In this document: one piece after another, positions 9,632 to 18,156 of the stretch
Numbering within the stretch: the first letter of the stretch is position 1
How the letters are laid out: every line of letters starts with the position of its first letter
Origin: an uncultured Bacillota bacterium
Lineage (GTDB): Bacteria > Bacillota > DTU025 > MWDF01
NCBI GenBank assembly: GCA_963823655.1
Contig: CAWGMK010000007.1
Location: 96,001 to 160,000 of the forward strand
Length of the DNA: 64,000 nucleotides
Reading direction: 5' to 3'
Made by a program: the position numbers and the translations under genes
Notes under the pieces: generated by a model
Told to the model about the DNA's origin: nothing
Database searches by the model: none
What the model saw: only the letters and a program-made list of their open reading frames with translations

Positions 9632-9859
9632 ATGGGCGCCAGGAAGGTATCGATCTCCACCCCTTATATAGCACTAGACCAGCTCCTAAAATGGGCTGGT
9701 CTTGTTATGAGCGGGGGAGAGGCGAGAGGGTTCATCCTTGAAGGAAGTGTTTTGGTCAACGGAGAGGTCGAGACAAGAAGAGGAAGAAAGCTCAGGAATG
9801 GGGACAAGGTCCTCTTCGCAGGGCAGGAGATAGAAATAGCAAACTCGCCGGAGGCATGA
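9632..9859 (+). CDS. yaaA: S4-domain RNA-binding protein YaaA/RlbA
   Basis: I.LDQLLK..G...SGGEA, VNGEVETRRGRKL; between dnaN and recF. Confidence 0.93.
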   Translation: MGARKVSISTPYIALDQLLKWAGLVMSGGEARGFILEGSVLVNGEVETRRGRKLRNGDKVLFAGQEIEIANSPEA

Positions 9860-9860
9860 A

Positions 9861-10970
9861 TTGCTGCTTAAAAGGGTTTTACTGAAAAGCTTCAGGAACT
9901 ATGCCTCATGCGACATGGAGCTTTCGCACGGAGTCACCCTACTATCGGGCGCAAACGCGCAGGGAAAGACCAACCTGCTTGAAAGCATATATGCGCTTTC
10001 GGCGGGCACTAGCTTCAGGGCCGCCAAGGATTCCGAGATGGTGCGCTGGGGGGATGAGGCAGCCTGGGTGAAGGGGTTTGTGACCGGCAATTATTCCGAC
10101 TTCACGCTTTCAGTATCTGTATCCGCAGCCGGACGTAAAATGGCAAGGCTGAACGATGTGGAGAAAATTCGCCCCTCCGAGCTTTCAGACAGGCTGAATG
10201 CCGTAGCTTTCATACCCGACGATTTGAGCCTCGTAAAAGGCTCTCCTTCCGACAGGAGAAGGTTCCTGGACCTTCAGATATCGCAGCTGAGCCCCCTTTA
10301 CAGGGAGACGCTCAACACATATGCCAGGATACTTTTGCAGAAGAACGCCCTTCTAAAGAACTACCACGAGATGGAGGGCGCCGGACGATTGCTGGATGTT
10401 TTCAACGACGAGATGGTCGGCGTAGGGTCCAAGATAATCGCAATGAGAGACGATGCGATAAAAAGGATGTCCCCGCTGGCCTCCACGACGTACGAATATA
10501 TTGCGGCATCCAATGAGGCCCTTGAGGTGTCATACATTCCTTCCGTAGACATTGACGAAGGCTGCTCGGAAGAGGACATCTCGCAGGCTTTTACGGTCAA
10601 GCTGCTCTCCTTGAGGGCGGCCGAGATAGCTCGAGGCGGAAGCCTGGCAGGTCCGCAAAGGGACGATATCGGGCTTTCGGTTGATGGAAGGCCGGCCGCG
10701 TCCTTCGGCTCGCAGGGTCAGCAAAGAACGGTCGTAATTTCACTAAAGCTGGCCGAGGCCGAGACGATTACGAACATAAGAGGCGATTCGCCGATAGTTC
10801 TCCTGGATGACGTCATGTCTGAGCTTGATGACGGCAGGAGGACAAGGCTCATATCCAGATTCCTGGACAGATGCCAGACGGTGATCACGGCAACGGACGC
10901 GGAATTTGCTTGCTCCATGCCGGGCTGCATTTCATATCTCATAGAAAACGGAGGTGTGAGCCCGGTTTGA
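9861..10970 (+). CDS. recF: DNA replication/repair protein RecF
   Basis: FRNY, GANAQGKTNLLE, G.P..RRRFLD, GSQGQQRT, LLDDVMSELD. Confidence 0.97.
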   Translation: MLLKRVLLKSFRNYASCDMELSHGVTLLSGANAQGKTNLLESIYALSAGTSFRAAKDSEMVRWGDEAAWVKGFVTGNYSDFTLSVSVSAAGRKMARLNDVEKIRPSELSDRLNAVAFIPDDLSLVKGSPSDRRRFLDLQISQLSPLYRETLNTYARILLQKNALLKNYHEMEGAGRLLDVFNDEMVGVGSKIIAMRDDAIKRMSPLASTTYEYIAASNEALEVSYIPSVDIDEGCSEEDISQAFTVKLLSLRAAEIARGGSLAGPQRDDIGLSVDGRPAASFGSQGQQRTVVISLKLAEAETITNIRGDSPIVLLDDVMSELDDGRRTRLISRFLDRCQTVITATDAEFACSMPGCISYLIENGGVSPV

Positions 10971-11900
10971 GAAAAGGGTTAAAGAGCATCGGCGAGATAA
11001 TGGGCCAGTCCGGACGGAAGAAATCTGGGCATTGCCAGGACTATTGCCATGGCCAACGTTGCCTCCGCATGGGAAGAGCACATGAGAGGCAAGTTCGGCT
11101 GCGCAAGCTCGGTCAGCTCAATAAGCGACGGCGTCTTGCACATAGCGGTGGAGGAGCCCGTTTGGGCCCAGCAAATGAGCATGCTCAAAAAACACATACT
11201 TCAGTCGCTCGCCGAGCACTGCGACACTTCCGGCGTCAAAGACATCAGGTTTAGCAGCTTCGGAAGCACAGAGAAACCTTCAGCCGCAAGAAAGCAGAAA
11301 AGCGGGGCGAAGAGCTGGCCCTCATCGGCGGACTTGAGGAAAGAGAGCATCTCAACGAGTACTGGGGGACATGGCCAGCTGAAGGCAGGGCTGCCGGAAG
11401 TCCTTAAAAAAGCGCATTCTATGCAGATGAAGACCGAGGCCGCGCTATCCAGGCGCTCCTCATCGTGCTGTGAAGTCTGCAACTTACAAATTCCCCAAGG
11501 CAGTGCGTTTTGCCCCGTCTGCGCGCTGAAGCCTTATCCCGCAAAAACGGCAGAAGCAGTGCGTTTCCTCCTTGAATCTCCGTATGCCGCCGATAATGAC
11601 GTTTCGGAGATCTGCGATTTGGACGGCCTGGAGCCCCCGGAAGCCTATGAAATCATACGATTTTCGAGGGACATTGCAGGCAGGCGCCTGATTGAGGAGG
11701 CCATAAACGCGGCCAAGTCCGGAGATGGGGGCGAAAGTTGCAAGAATAAGGCTCGCATGCTGCTAGTCGGGAGCGCTTGCGCCTCGACAGGAGCGGCCCC
11801 CGATGTTATAATTGCCCGCGGCCTCAAAGCATACTTCATCCCTGCTATACTTGATGCAGCGGGTCAGGGTACTAAGCATCTCTTGGGGCAAGAGAGTTAG
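10967..11900 (+). CDS. DUF721/DciA-family protein with C-terminal zinc ribbon (apparent frameshift at ~11020; the ORF track shows only 11049-11900)
   Basis: TTG overlapping the recF stop gives [12 protein letters not shown]..., joined by one indel to ...[17 protein letters not shown]...[16 protein letters not shown]...IRF (DUF721 pattern); CEVC-x9-CPVC; recF-gyrB position. Confidence 0.75.
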
Positions 11901-11917
11901 AGAAGGGAGATTCTGAA

Positions 11918-12238
11918 ATGATAATCACAACGACGCCTAGCATAGAGGGAAGGCGGATCGTGGAATACAAGGGAATCGTCTTCGGCGAAGTGGTCGCCGG
12001 AGTGAACTTCATTAAGGATTTCGCCGCCGGCCTTACCAACATACTCGGTGGAAGGTCTGTCTCATACGAGGGAGAGCTAATCGAAGCGAGGCAGAGCGCC
12101 ATCGCAGAGATGTCCCAAAGAGCGGCTCAGCTGGGAGCCAATGCGATTGTCGGAGTCGACGTCGATTATGAGGTCCTAGGAGAGCACAACAACATGCTAA
12201 TGGTAACGGCTTCCGGCACGGCAGTGACTGTCGAATAA
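11918..12238 (+). CDS. YbjQ/UPF0145 family protein
   Basis: [48 protein letters not shown]. Confidence 0.93.
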   Translation: MIITTTPSIEGRRIVEYKGIVFGEVVAGVNFIKDFAAGLTNILGGRSVSYEGELIEARQSAIAEMSQRAAQLGANAIVGVDVDYEVLGEHNNMLMVTASGTAVTVE

Positions 12239-12267
12239 TAGGGCACCACAGGCTTCCGAAGGCCACC

Positions 12268-12301
12268 TCACGCCTCCTTAATCAGAAGGCGTGATTTTTT
12301 T
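12268..12301 (+). terminator. Rho-independent terminator
   Basis: TCACGCCT...AGGCGTGA followed by a T-tract. Confidence 0.7.
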
Positions 12302-12403
12302 GCCAAAAAGGGCTCAAAACGTCAATTGGGGCACCATTTCTGCCCCTCGCTGTGATATAATGAACCGTACCAATCAGAAATCTGCTCCCAGGAGGAAGTC
12401 ATT

Positions 12404-14383
12404 TTGGAAAAAGAGCTCAATAGCACGCCTGTTACCAAGGATTACACCTCAGGTGACATAGATGTCCTTGTAGGACTTGAAGGCGTCCGCGCCCGTCCTG
12501 CGATGTACATAGGCAGCACCGACACAAGAGGGCTGCACCATTTGGTGTATGAGATAGTCGACAACAGCGTAGACGAGGCCTTGCAGGGCATCTGCGACTT
12601 GATTGTCGTGAAGATCTCCAATGACGGATCCATAACGGTTCAGGACAACGGAAGAGGCATTCCCGTGGACATTCATCCAAAGACCGGAAAGTCCGCTTTG
12701 GAGACCGTCCTTACTATGCTTCATGCCGGCGGCAAGTTCAGACACAGCAGCTATGCTATCTCCACGGGCCTTCATGGTGTCGGCGCCTCTGTTGTGAATG
12801 CGCTGTCTGAGATCATGGAAGTCTGGGTGAAGAAGGACGGCAAGGAATATTATCAGGCCTTTGCAAAAGGCAGCGCCCTTGCCCCGATAAAGAGCATAGG
12901 CAACGCCAAGACCACAGGGACTACGATAAGGTTCAAGCCGGACGCGACGATATTCAAGGAGACACAGGAGTTTTCATATGAGACGCTCAGCCACAGGTTC
13001 GAAGAGGTCGCATACCTCACGGCAGGCCTCAAAATCGAGCTAATTGACGAGAGGTCCGGGCAGAGCGAAGCCTTCCACTTCGAAGGCGGCATCAAGTCCA
13101 TGGTCGAGCACATGAACGCGGCCAAGGACAAGCTTCACGAAGAAGTCATCTTCCTGAAGAAGGAACTTGTAGATAAAGTCCAGGTGGAAGTGGCAATGCA
13201 ATATACGGACAACTACAGCGAGAACGTATATTCATTCGCCAACAATGTGAATACCGCAGACGGCGGGACACATCTTTCTGGGCTGAAGTCCGGTCTTACA
13301 AAGACAATCAACGACTATACCAGAAACAAGAAGGACCAGTTCAAGGAGTTCGAAGAGAACTTCATGGGCGATGATGTCCGCGAAGGGCTCACTGCCGTAA
13401 TTTCGGTGAAGCTGCCAGAGCCGCAGTTTGAAGGCCAGACTAAGGCCAAGCTTGGCAACAGCGAAGTCAAGGGCATGGTCGAAGGAGTGGTCAGCGAGCT
13501 GCTCGGAGAATACCTGGAGGAGAACCCGAAGACAGCAAAGGCCATAGTCAGCAAGTGCCTCCAGACCGAGAGGGCCAGAAAGGCCGCCCAAAAAGCGAAG
13601 GACCTTGTCAGAAGGAAGAGCGAGCTGGATATATCGGACCTTCCCGGCAAGCTTTCCGACTGTTCTGACAAAGACCCGTCCAAGTGCGAGCTGTTCCTTG
13701 TAGAAGGAGATTCAGCCGGCGGCAGCGCAAAATCGGGCAGGGACCGCCGCTTCCAGGCGATTATGCCTCTGAGGGGCAAAGTAATCAACGTCTACAAGGC
13801 TGACATAAAAAGAGTCCTAGAAAATAACGAAATTAGGTCGATAATCACCGCTATTGCGGCCGGTTTCGACGAGCTGGGACCCAACGCGGTGGTGGAAGAA
13901 GAGAACGGCACGAACAGGAAGACCTTCAATATCGAAGATCTCAGATATCACAAGATCGTGATCATGGCAGACGCAGACATCGACGGCGCCCACATCAGAA
14001 CGCTCCTGTTGACGTTCTTCTACAGGTACATGCCCGCGCTTATCTGGGGCGGCCACATATATCTGGCGCAGCCGCCGCTCTATAAGGTGAAGGCAGGCAA
14101 GATCGAGAAGTACGCCTACTCCGATGAGGAGCTGCAGAAGGTCCTCGACGAGCTCGGCCGCGACAACTTCAACATTCAAAGGTACAAAGGCTTGGGAGAG
14201 ATGAACGCCGAGCAGCTGTGGGAAACCACCATGAACCCTGAATCCAGGACGATGCTGCGCGTCACGATGGACGACGCCAGAAAAGCCGAAGAGCTGTTCT
14301 CCATATTGATGGGGGATGCTGTGGAGCCGAGGAAGAAGTTCATCGAAACGCACGCGATATACGCGAAGAATATTGACGTCTAG
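12404..14383 (+). CDS. gyrB: DNA gyrase subunit B
   Basis: RPAMYIG, EIVDNSVDE, DNGRGIP, LHAGGKF, VEGDSAGG, PLRGK, DADIDG, QRYKGLGEM. Confidence 0.98.
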   Translation: MEKELNSTPVTKDYTSGDIDVLVGLEGVRARPAMYIGSTDTRGLHHLVYEIVDNSVDEALQGICDLIVVKISNDGSITVQDNGRGIPVDIHPKTGKSALETVLTMLHAGGKFRHSSYAISTGLHGVGASVVNALSEIMEVWVKKDGKEYYQAFAKGSALAPIKSIGNAKTTGTTIRFKPDATIFKETQEFSYETLSHRFEEVAYLTAGLKIELIDERSGQSEAFHFEGGIKSMVEHMNAAKDKLHEEVIFLKKELVDKVQVEVAMQYTDNYSENVYSFANNVNTADGGTHLSGLKSGLTKTINDYTRNKKDQFKEFEENFMGDDVREGLTAVISVKLPEPQFEGQTKAKLGNSEVKGMVEGVVSELLGEYLEENPKTAKAIVSKCLQTERARKAAQKAKDLVRRKSELDISDLPGKLSDCSDKDPSKCELFLVEGDSAGGSAKSGRDRRFQAIMPLRGKVINVYKADIKRVLENNEIRSIITAIAAGFDELGPNAVVEEENGTNRKTFNIEDLRYHKIVIMADADIDGAHIRTLLLTFFYRYMPALIWGGHIYLAQPPLYKVKAGKIEKYAYSDEELQKVLDELGRDNFNIQRYKGLGEMNAEQLWETTMNPESRTMLRVTMDDARKAEELFSILMGDAVEPRKKFIETHAIYAKNIDV

Positions 14384-14413
14384 CAAGCTAGATTATGACC
14401 AAGGGGTGGACAT

Positions 14414-16912
14414 ATGTCTGAAGATCTGGAGCTTATAAAAAGGGGCAATTACATAAACCGGGATATAGAGCACGAGATGAAATGGTCTTACCTGCAGTAT
14501 TCGATGAGCGTCATCGTCGGCAGGGCTCTTCCCGATGTGCGTGACGGCCTCAAGCCCATACACAGAAGAATTCTGTATGCAATGAATACGCTGGGGCTTA
14601 CCGGCGATAAGCCGTATAGGAAGTCGGCGACGGTAGTCGGCGAAGTCATAGGTAAGTATCATCCGCACGGAGAAGTCGCCGTCTACGATTCTATGGTCAG
14701 GATGGCGCAGGACTTCACATTCAGGAGCATGCTGGTAGACGGCCACGGCAACTTCGGTTCTGTGGACGGGGATCCGCCGGCGGCCCAGAGGTACACGGAA
14801 GTCAGGATGGCGAAGTTATCTTCGTCCATGCTGGCCGACATAGACAAGGATACGGTAGACTTCATCCCCAACTACGACGAATCCCTGAAAGAGCCCACCG
14901 TGCTTCCTGCAAGGTTCCCTCAGCTGCTGGTTAACGGCTCCTCCGGAATCGCCGTTGGCATGGCAACGAACATACCTCCTCACAATCTGGGAGAAGTAAT
15001 AGACGGGACAGTGGCTCTCATTGACAACCCGGAGCTCAGTTCGGACGATCTCAACAAATACATACTCGCACCGGACTTCCCCACAGGCGCCTATATAATA
15101 GGCACACAGGGGATTAGAGACGCCTACAATACCGGCAGGGGCAGCATTAAAGTCCGCTCCAAGGTCCATTTCGAACCTATGAGCCTGGGCAAGACGAGAA
15201 TCGTAGTCGATGAGCTTCCCTACATGGTCAACAAGGCGGAGCTGGTAAAGAAGATCGCGGAGCTTCATAAAGAGAAGAAGATCAGCGGCATCACCGACCT
15301 CAGGGACGAGTCCGACAGGAGCGGCATGAGGGTAGTGGTAGAGCTTAGGAAGGACGCCAACGCGAATGTGGTCCTCAATCAGCTCTATAAGCACACGCCT
15401 CTTGAGAGCAATTTCGGCGTCATAATGCTCACTTTGGTCAACAACATACCACGCGTGCTGACGCTTGCTGAAGTTCTGACGGAGTACGTGAAGCACCAGA
15501 AGGATGTAGTAACCAGAAGGACGCGCTTCGACCTGAACAAGGCCGAAGAAAGGGCCCACATACTCGAAGGCCTGCTCATTGCCCTCGATCACATCGACGA
15601 GGTAATCGCGCTTATCCGCGCATCCAAGGACGATGAAGAGGCGAAAAACGGCCTCATGAGCACGTTTGCGCTGTCTGAAAGGCAGGCTTTGGCGATACTC
15701 GACATGAGGCTAAAGCGCCTTACCGGCCTTGAAAGAGGCAAGATCGAAGAGGAATACAGGATACTCGCAGAGACAATCAAGGGGCTCAGGGCGATTCTTG
15801 CAGACGAGAAGCTGCTCCTGGACCTTATCAAGAAAGAGCTGCTCGAAATCAAGGAGAAGTTCGCAGACCCCAGGCGCACCGAGCTTATGCCGGACGAGGG
15901 AGAGCTTGTGGACGAGGACCTCATAGAGGATAAGGAGATATTCATCTCCATGAGCAGCATGGGCTACATCAAGAGCATGGCGGCCGACGCCTTCATCGCG
16001 CAGAAACGCGCGGGCAAGGGCAAGACCGGTATGAATATCAAAGAAGAGGATGGAGTGGAGAGGATCTGCTGCACCTCAAAGAAGGCCACAATCCTGTTCT
16101 TCACCAGCAAAGGGAAGGTTTACAGCCTGAAGGGCTATAACATCCCCGAGGCTTCAAGGCAGGCCAGGGGCACAGCCGTAGTCAATCTCATACAAGTTGA
16201 CAGCGGTGAAAAGGTTACAGCGATGCTGCCTGTGAAGGAGTTCACGCCGGATGTGCACCTCTTCTTCGTTACATCGAAGGCCACAGTGAAGAAGACCACT
16301 CTCGACCAGTTTGCGAACATTAGGCGCGTGGGGCTTATCGCAGTAGGCCTTGCCGACGATGACGAATTGATGGCCGTAAGACAGATCAGCAACGGCGACG
16401 AGATTATCATGGTCACCAGGAAGGGCATGTCCATACGCTTCAATGAATCGGATGTCCGCTCGATGGGCCGCGGGGCGGCAGGCGTGAGGGGTATCCGTCT
16501 CAAGAGTGGGGACTTTGTGGTGGGAGCGGATATCGCACAGAGCGATCACGAAGTGCTTGTGGTTACCGAGCGCGGGTTCGGTAAGCGCACCGAGTTCAAG
16601 CAGTACAGGTGCCAGACCAGGGGCGGTTCGGGCGTCAAGGCGATGCAACTTACCAAGAAGACCGGCGAAATAGCCAGCGTCCGCTTCGTGTATGAGAAGG
16701 ACGACCTCCTGATCATGACTGAAAGCGGCCAGGTAATCAGGATCAACGTCGGAGGGATATCGGTGATGGGGCGCTCCACACAGGGAGTGAAGCTCATAGG
16801 CCTTCGCGATGACGATCTCGTAACTGCGACGGCAGTAATTCCATATGAGCCGGAAGAGCCAGAGGAAGCCTGCCCGGTCGATGGGGCAAACGGGACGCTG
16901 TTCCAGCAATAA
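14414..16912 (+). CDS. gyrA: DNA gyrase subunit A
   Basis: RALPDVRDGLKP, YHPHG, AAQRYTE, GyrA-box-like QKRAGKG, C-terminal pinwheel repeats. Confidence 0.98.
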   Translation: MSEDLELIKRGNYINRDIEHEMKWSYLQYSMSVIVGRALPDVRDGLKPIHRRILYAMNTLGLTGDKPYRKSATVVGEVIGKYHPHGEVAVYDSMVRMAQDFTFRSMLVDGHGNFGSVDGDPPAAQRYTEVRMAKLSSSMLADIDKDTVDFIPNYDESLKEPTVLPARFPQLLVNGSSGIAVGMATNIPPHNLGEVIDGTVALIDNPELSSDDLNKYILAPDFPTGAYIIGTQGIRDAYNTGRGSIKVRSKVHFEPMSLGKTRIVVDELPYMVNKAELVKKIAELHKEKKISGITDLRDESDRSGMRVVVELRKDANANVVLNQLYKHTPLESNFGVIMLTLVNNIPRVLTLAEVLTEYVKHQKDVVTRRTRFDLNKAEERAHILEGLLIALDHIDEVIALIRASKDDEEAKNGLMSTFALSERQALAILDMRLKRLTGLERGKIEEEYRILAETIKGLRAILADEKLLLDLIKKELLEIKEKFADPRRTELMPDEGELVDEDLIEDKEIFISMSSMGYIKSMAADAFIAQKRAGKGKTGMNIKEEDGVERICCTSKKATILFFTSKGKVYSLKGYNIPEASRQARGTAVVNLIQVDSGEKVTAMLPVKEFTPDVHLFFVTSKATVKKTTLDQFANIRRVGLIAVGLADDDELMAVRQISNGDEIIMVTRKGMSIRFNESDVRSMGRGAAGVRGIRLKSGDFVVGADIAQSDHEVLVVTERGFGKRTEFKQYRCQTRGGSGVKAMQLTKKTGEIASVRFVYEKDDLLIMTESGQVIRINVGGISVMGRSTQGVKLIGLRDDDLVTATAVIPYEPEEPEEACPVDGANGTLFQQ

Positions 16913-16943
16913 AGCTGAATAAAGAAAGTAAAAGGCGTTTTCA

Positions 16944-16980
16944 AGGGGCTGTTCTTAGAAGAATGGCTCCTTTTCTTTTT
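16944..16980 (+). terminator. Rho-independent terminator after gyrA
   Basis: AGGGGCTGTTCT...AGAATGGCTCCT plus T-rich tail. Confidence 0.55.
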
Positions 16981-17181
16981 ATCGGAGGCAAGTTGCCAAG
17001 CAGGGGCGATTGAAAGACACCGCTTGGCTATCCCAACGAATGAGGACCGCCTAAATAGCAAATCTGTCAGCTTGTTAATTATCCGCACCTTAAAGGAAAA
17101 TAGCCTGGCGCGTCAAACAAGTAAGCAAGAATATGTCATTCATGAGGCTTGATTTGTCAGAAAAGTGGCGGAGGTGGGCAA

Positions 17182-17967
17182 ATGTCAGTCAAATCAGCAG
17201 TTAGAGGCTGTCTAGCCATCCTTATAGTGGCGATGATAATAATGATGCAGCCGGGTTGCTCGAAAAGAATGGCGATTCTATATTTTACCGATTCGGATAA
17301 TGATTTCATGGGTGAAGCGCTTGACAGGATGAATTACGCCTTTACAAGGATTTATTCTTTGGTAGATTTCGCAACTATAGATCAGAGCGCAGAATGGGAC
17401 CTAATAATTTTCGACAATCGTTTCCCAAGCCCAATACCAGGTTATCAGGAAATTCTTATAACGATACTTTTCTTTTACCAGCAGCAAGGCGGCAAGGTTA
17501 TTTTTACTTCAAACGAGTTAGCTAATGACGATTTTGCTGTAATGCTTAGCTCTTTTGGTTATGAATATAAAACGACCAGCTTGACGCCTATAAGCGTTTA
17601 CAAGATAGAACCGGACAGTCAATTCTGGACAGAGCCAAACGATGTCCCGGATCTATACTTCGCGGGCGTTACAGACACATACGGGACTGCGCCGAATGCT
17701 TTTAAGGGTGCAGCCGTCCTATCCGGAATAAAAATGGCATCTTTCAACGCAGCTAATCGAGCCGATTTAAATGCCGGAGCCATATTCAAGGCAAATTCAG
17801 GAAGGACGATACTGAACGCGTTCTTCTTGGATGATGCCGTTGTCGGAGGAGTCCCTATAGACTTTGATATTGACGGGATCCCTGATGCTGTGGAGTGGTA
17901 CATGAACGAGCTGGCTGCAATAGAGAAGGTACCCGGAGAAAAGGTCAAATTGGAGTTTCCGGATTGA
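17182..17967 (+). CDS. Hypothetical lipoprotein
   Basis: GGAGGTG RBS; hydrophobic signal ending QPGC; no family recognised. Confidence 0.6.
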   Translation: MSVKSAVRGCLAILIVAMIIMMQPGCSKRMAILYFTDSDNDFMGEALDRMNYAFTRIYSLVDFATIDQSAEWDLIIFDNRFPSPIPGYQEILITILFFYQQQGGKVIFTSNELANDDFAVMLSSFGYEYKTTSLTPISVYKIEPDSQFWTEPNDVPDLYFAGVTDTYGTAPNAFKGAAVLSGIKMASFNAANRADLNAGAIFKANSGRTILNAFFLDDAVVGGVPIDFDIDGIPDAVEWYMNELAAIEKVPGEKVKLEFPD

Positions 17968-18000
17968 GCATCAGCAGTAAAGACTGGTGACCCATTAATG

Positions 18001-18037
18001 GAGTCTATCCGAGTTAACGCTCGGATAGACTCATTTT
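18001..18037 (+). terminator. Rho-independent terminator
   Basis: GAGTCTATCCGAG-TTAACG-CTCGGATAGACTC-ATTTT, a 13-bp perfect stem. Confidence 0.7.
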
Positions 18038-18156
18038 GAAGGCATCTCGTATTTGTCATTGACCAATTCAAACTTCAGAATGGCAAAGGAATTATTAAAT
18101 TAGCGTTGAAGCTGATAGAACAGGCACAAAACAAAAGACATCCGAGGAGGACAACC

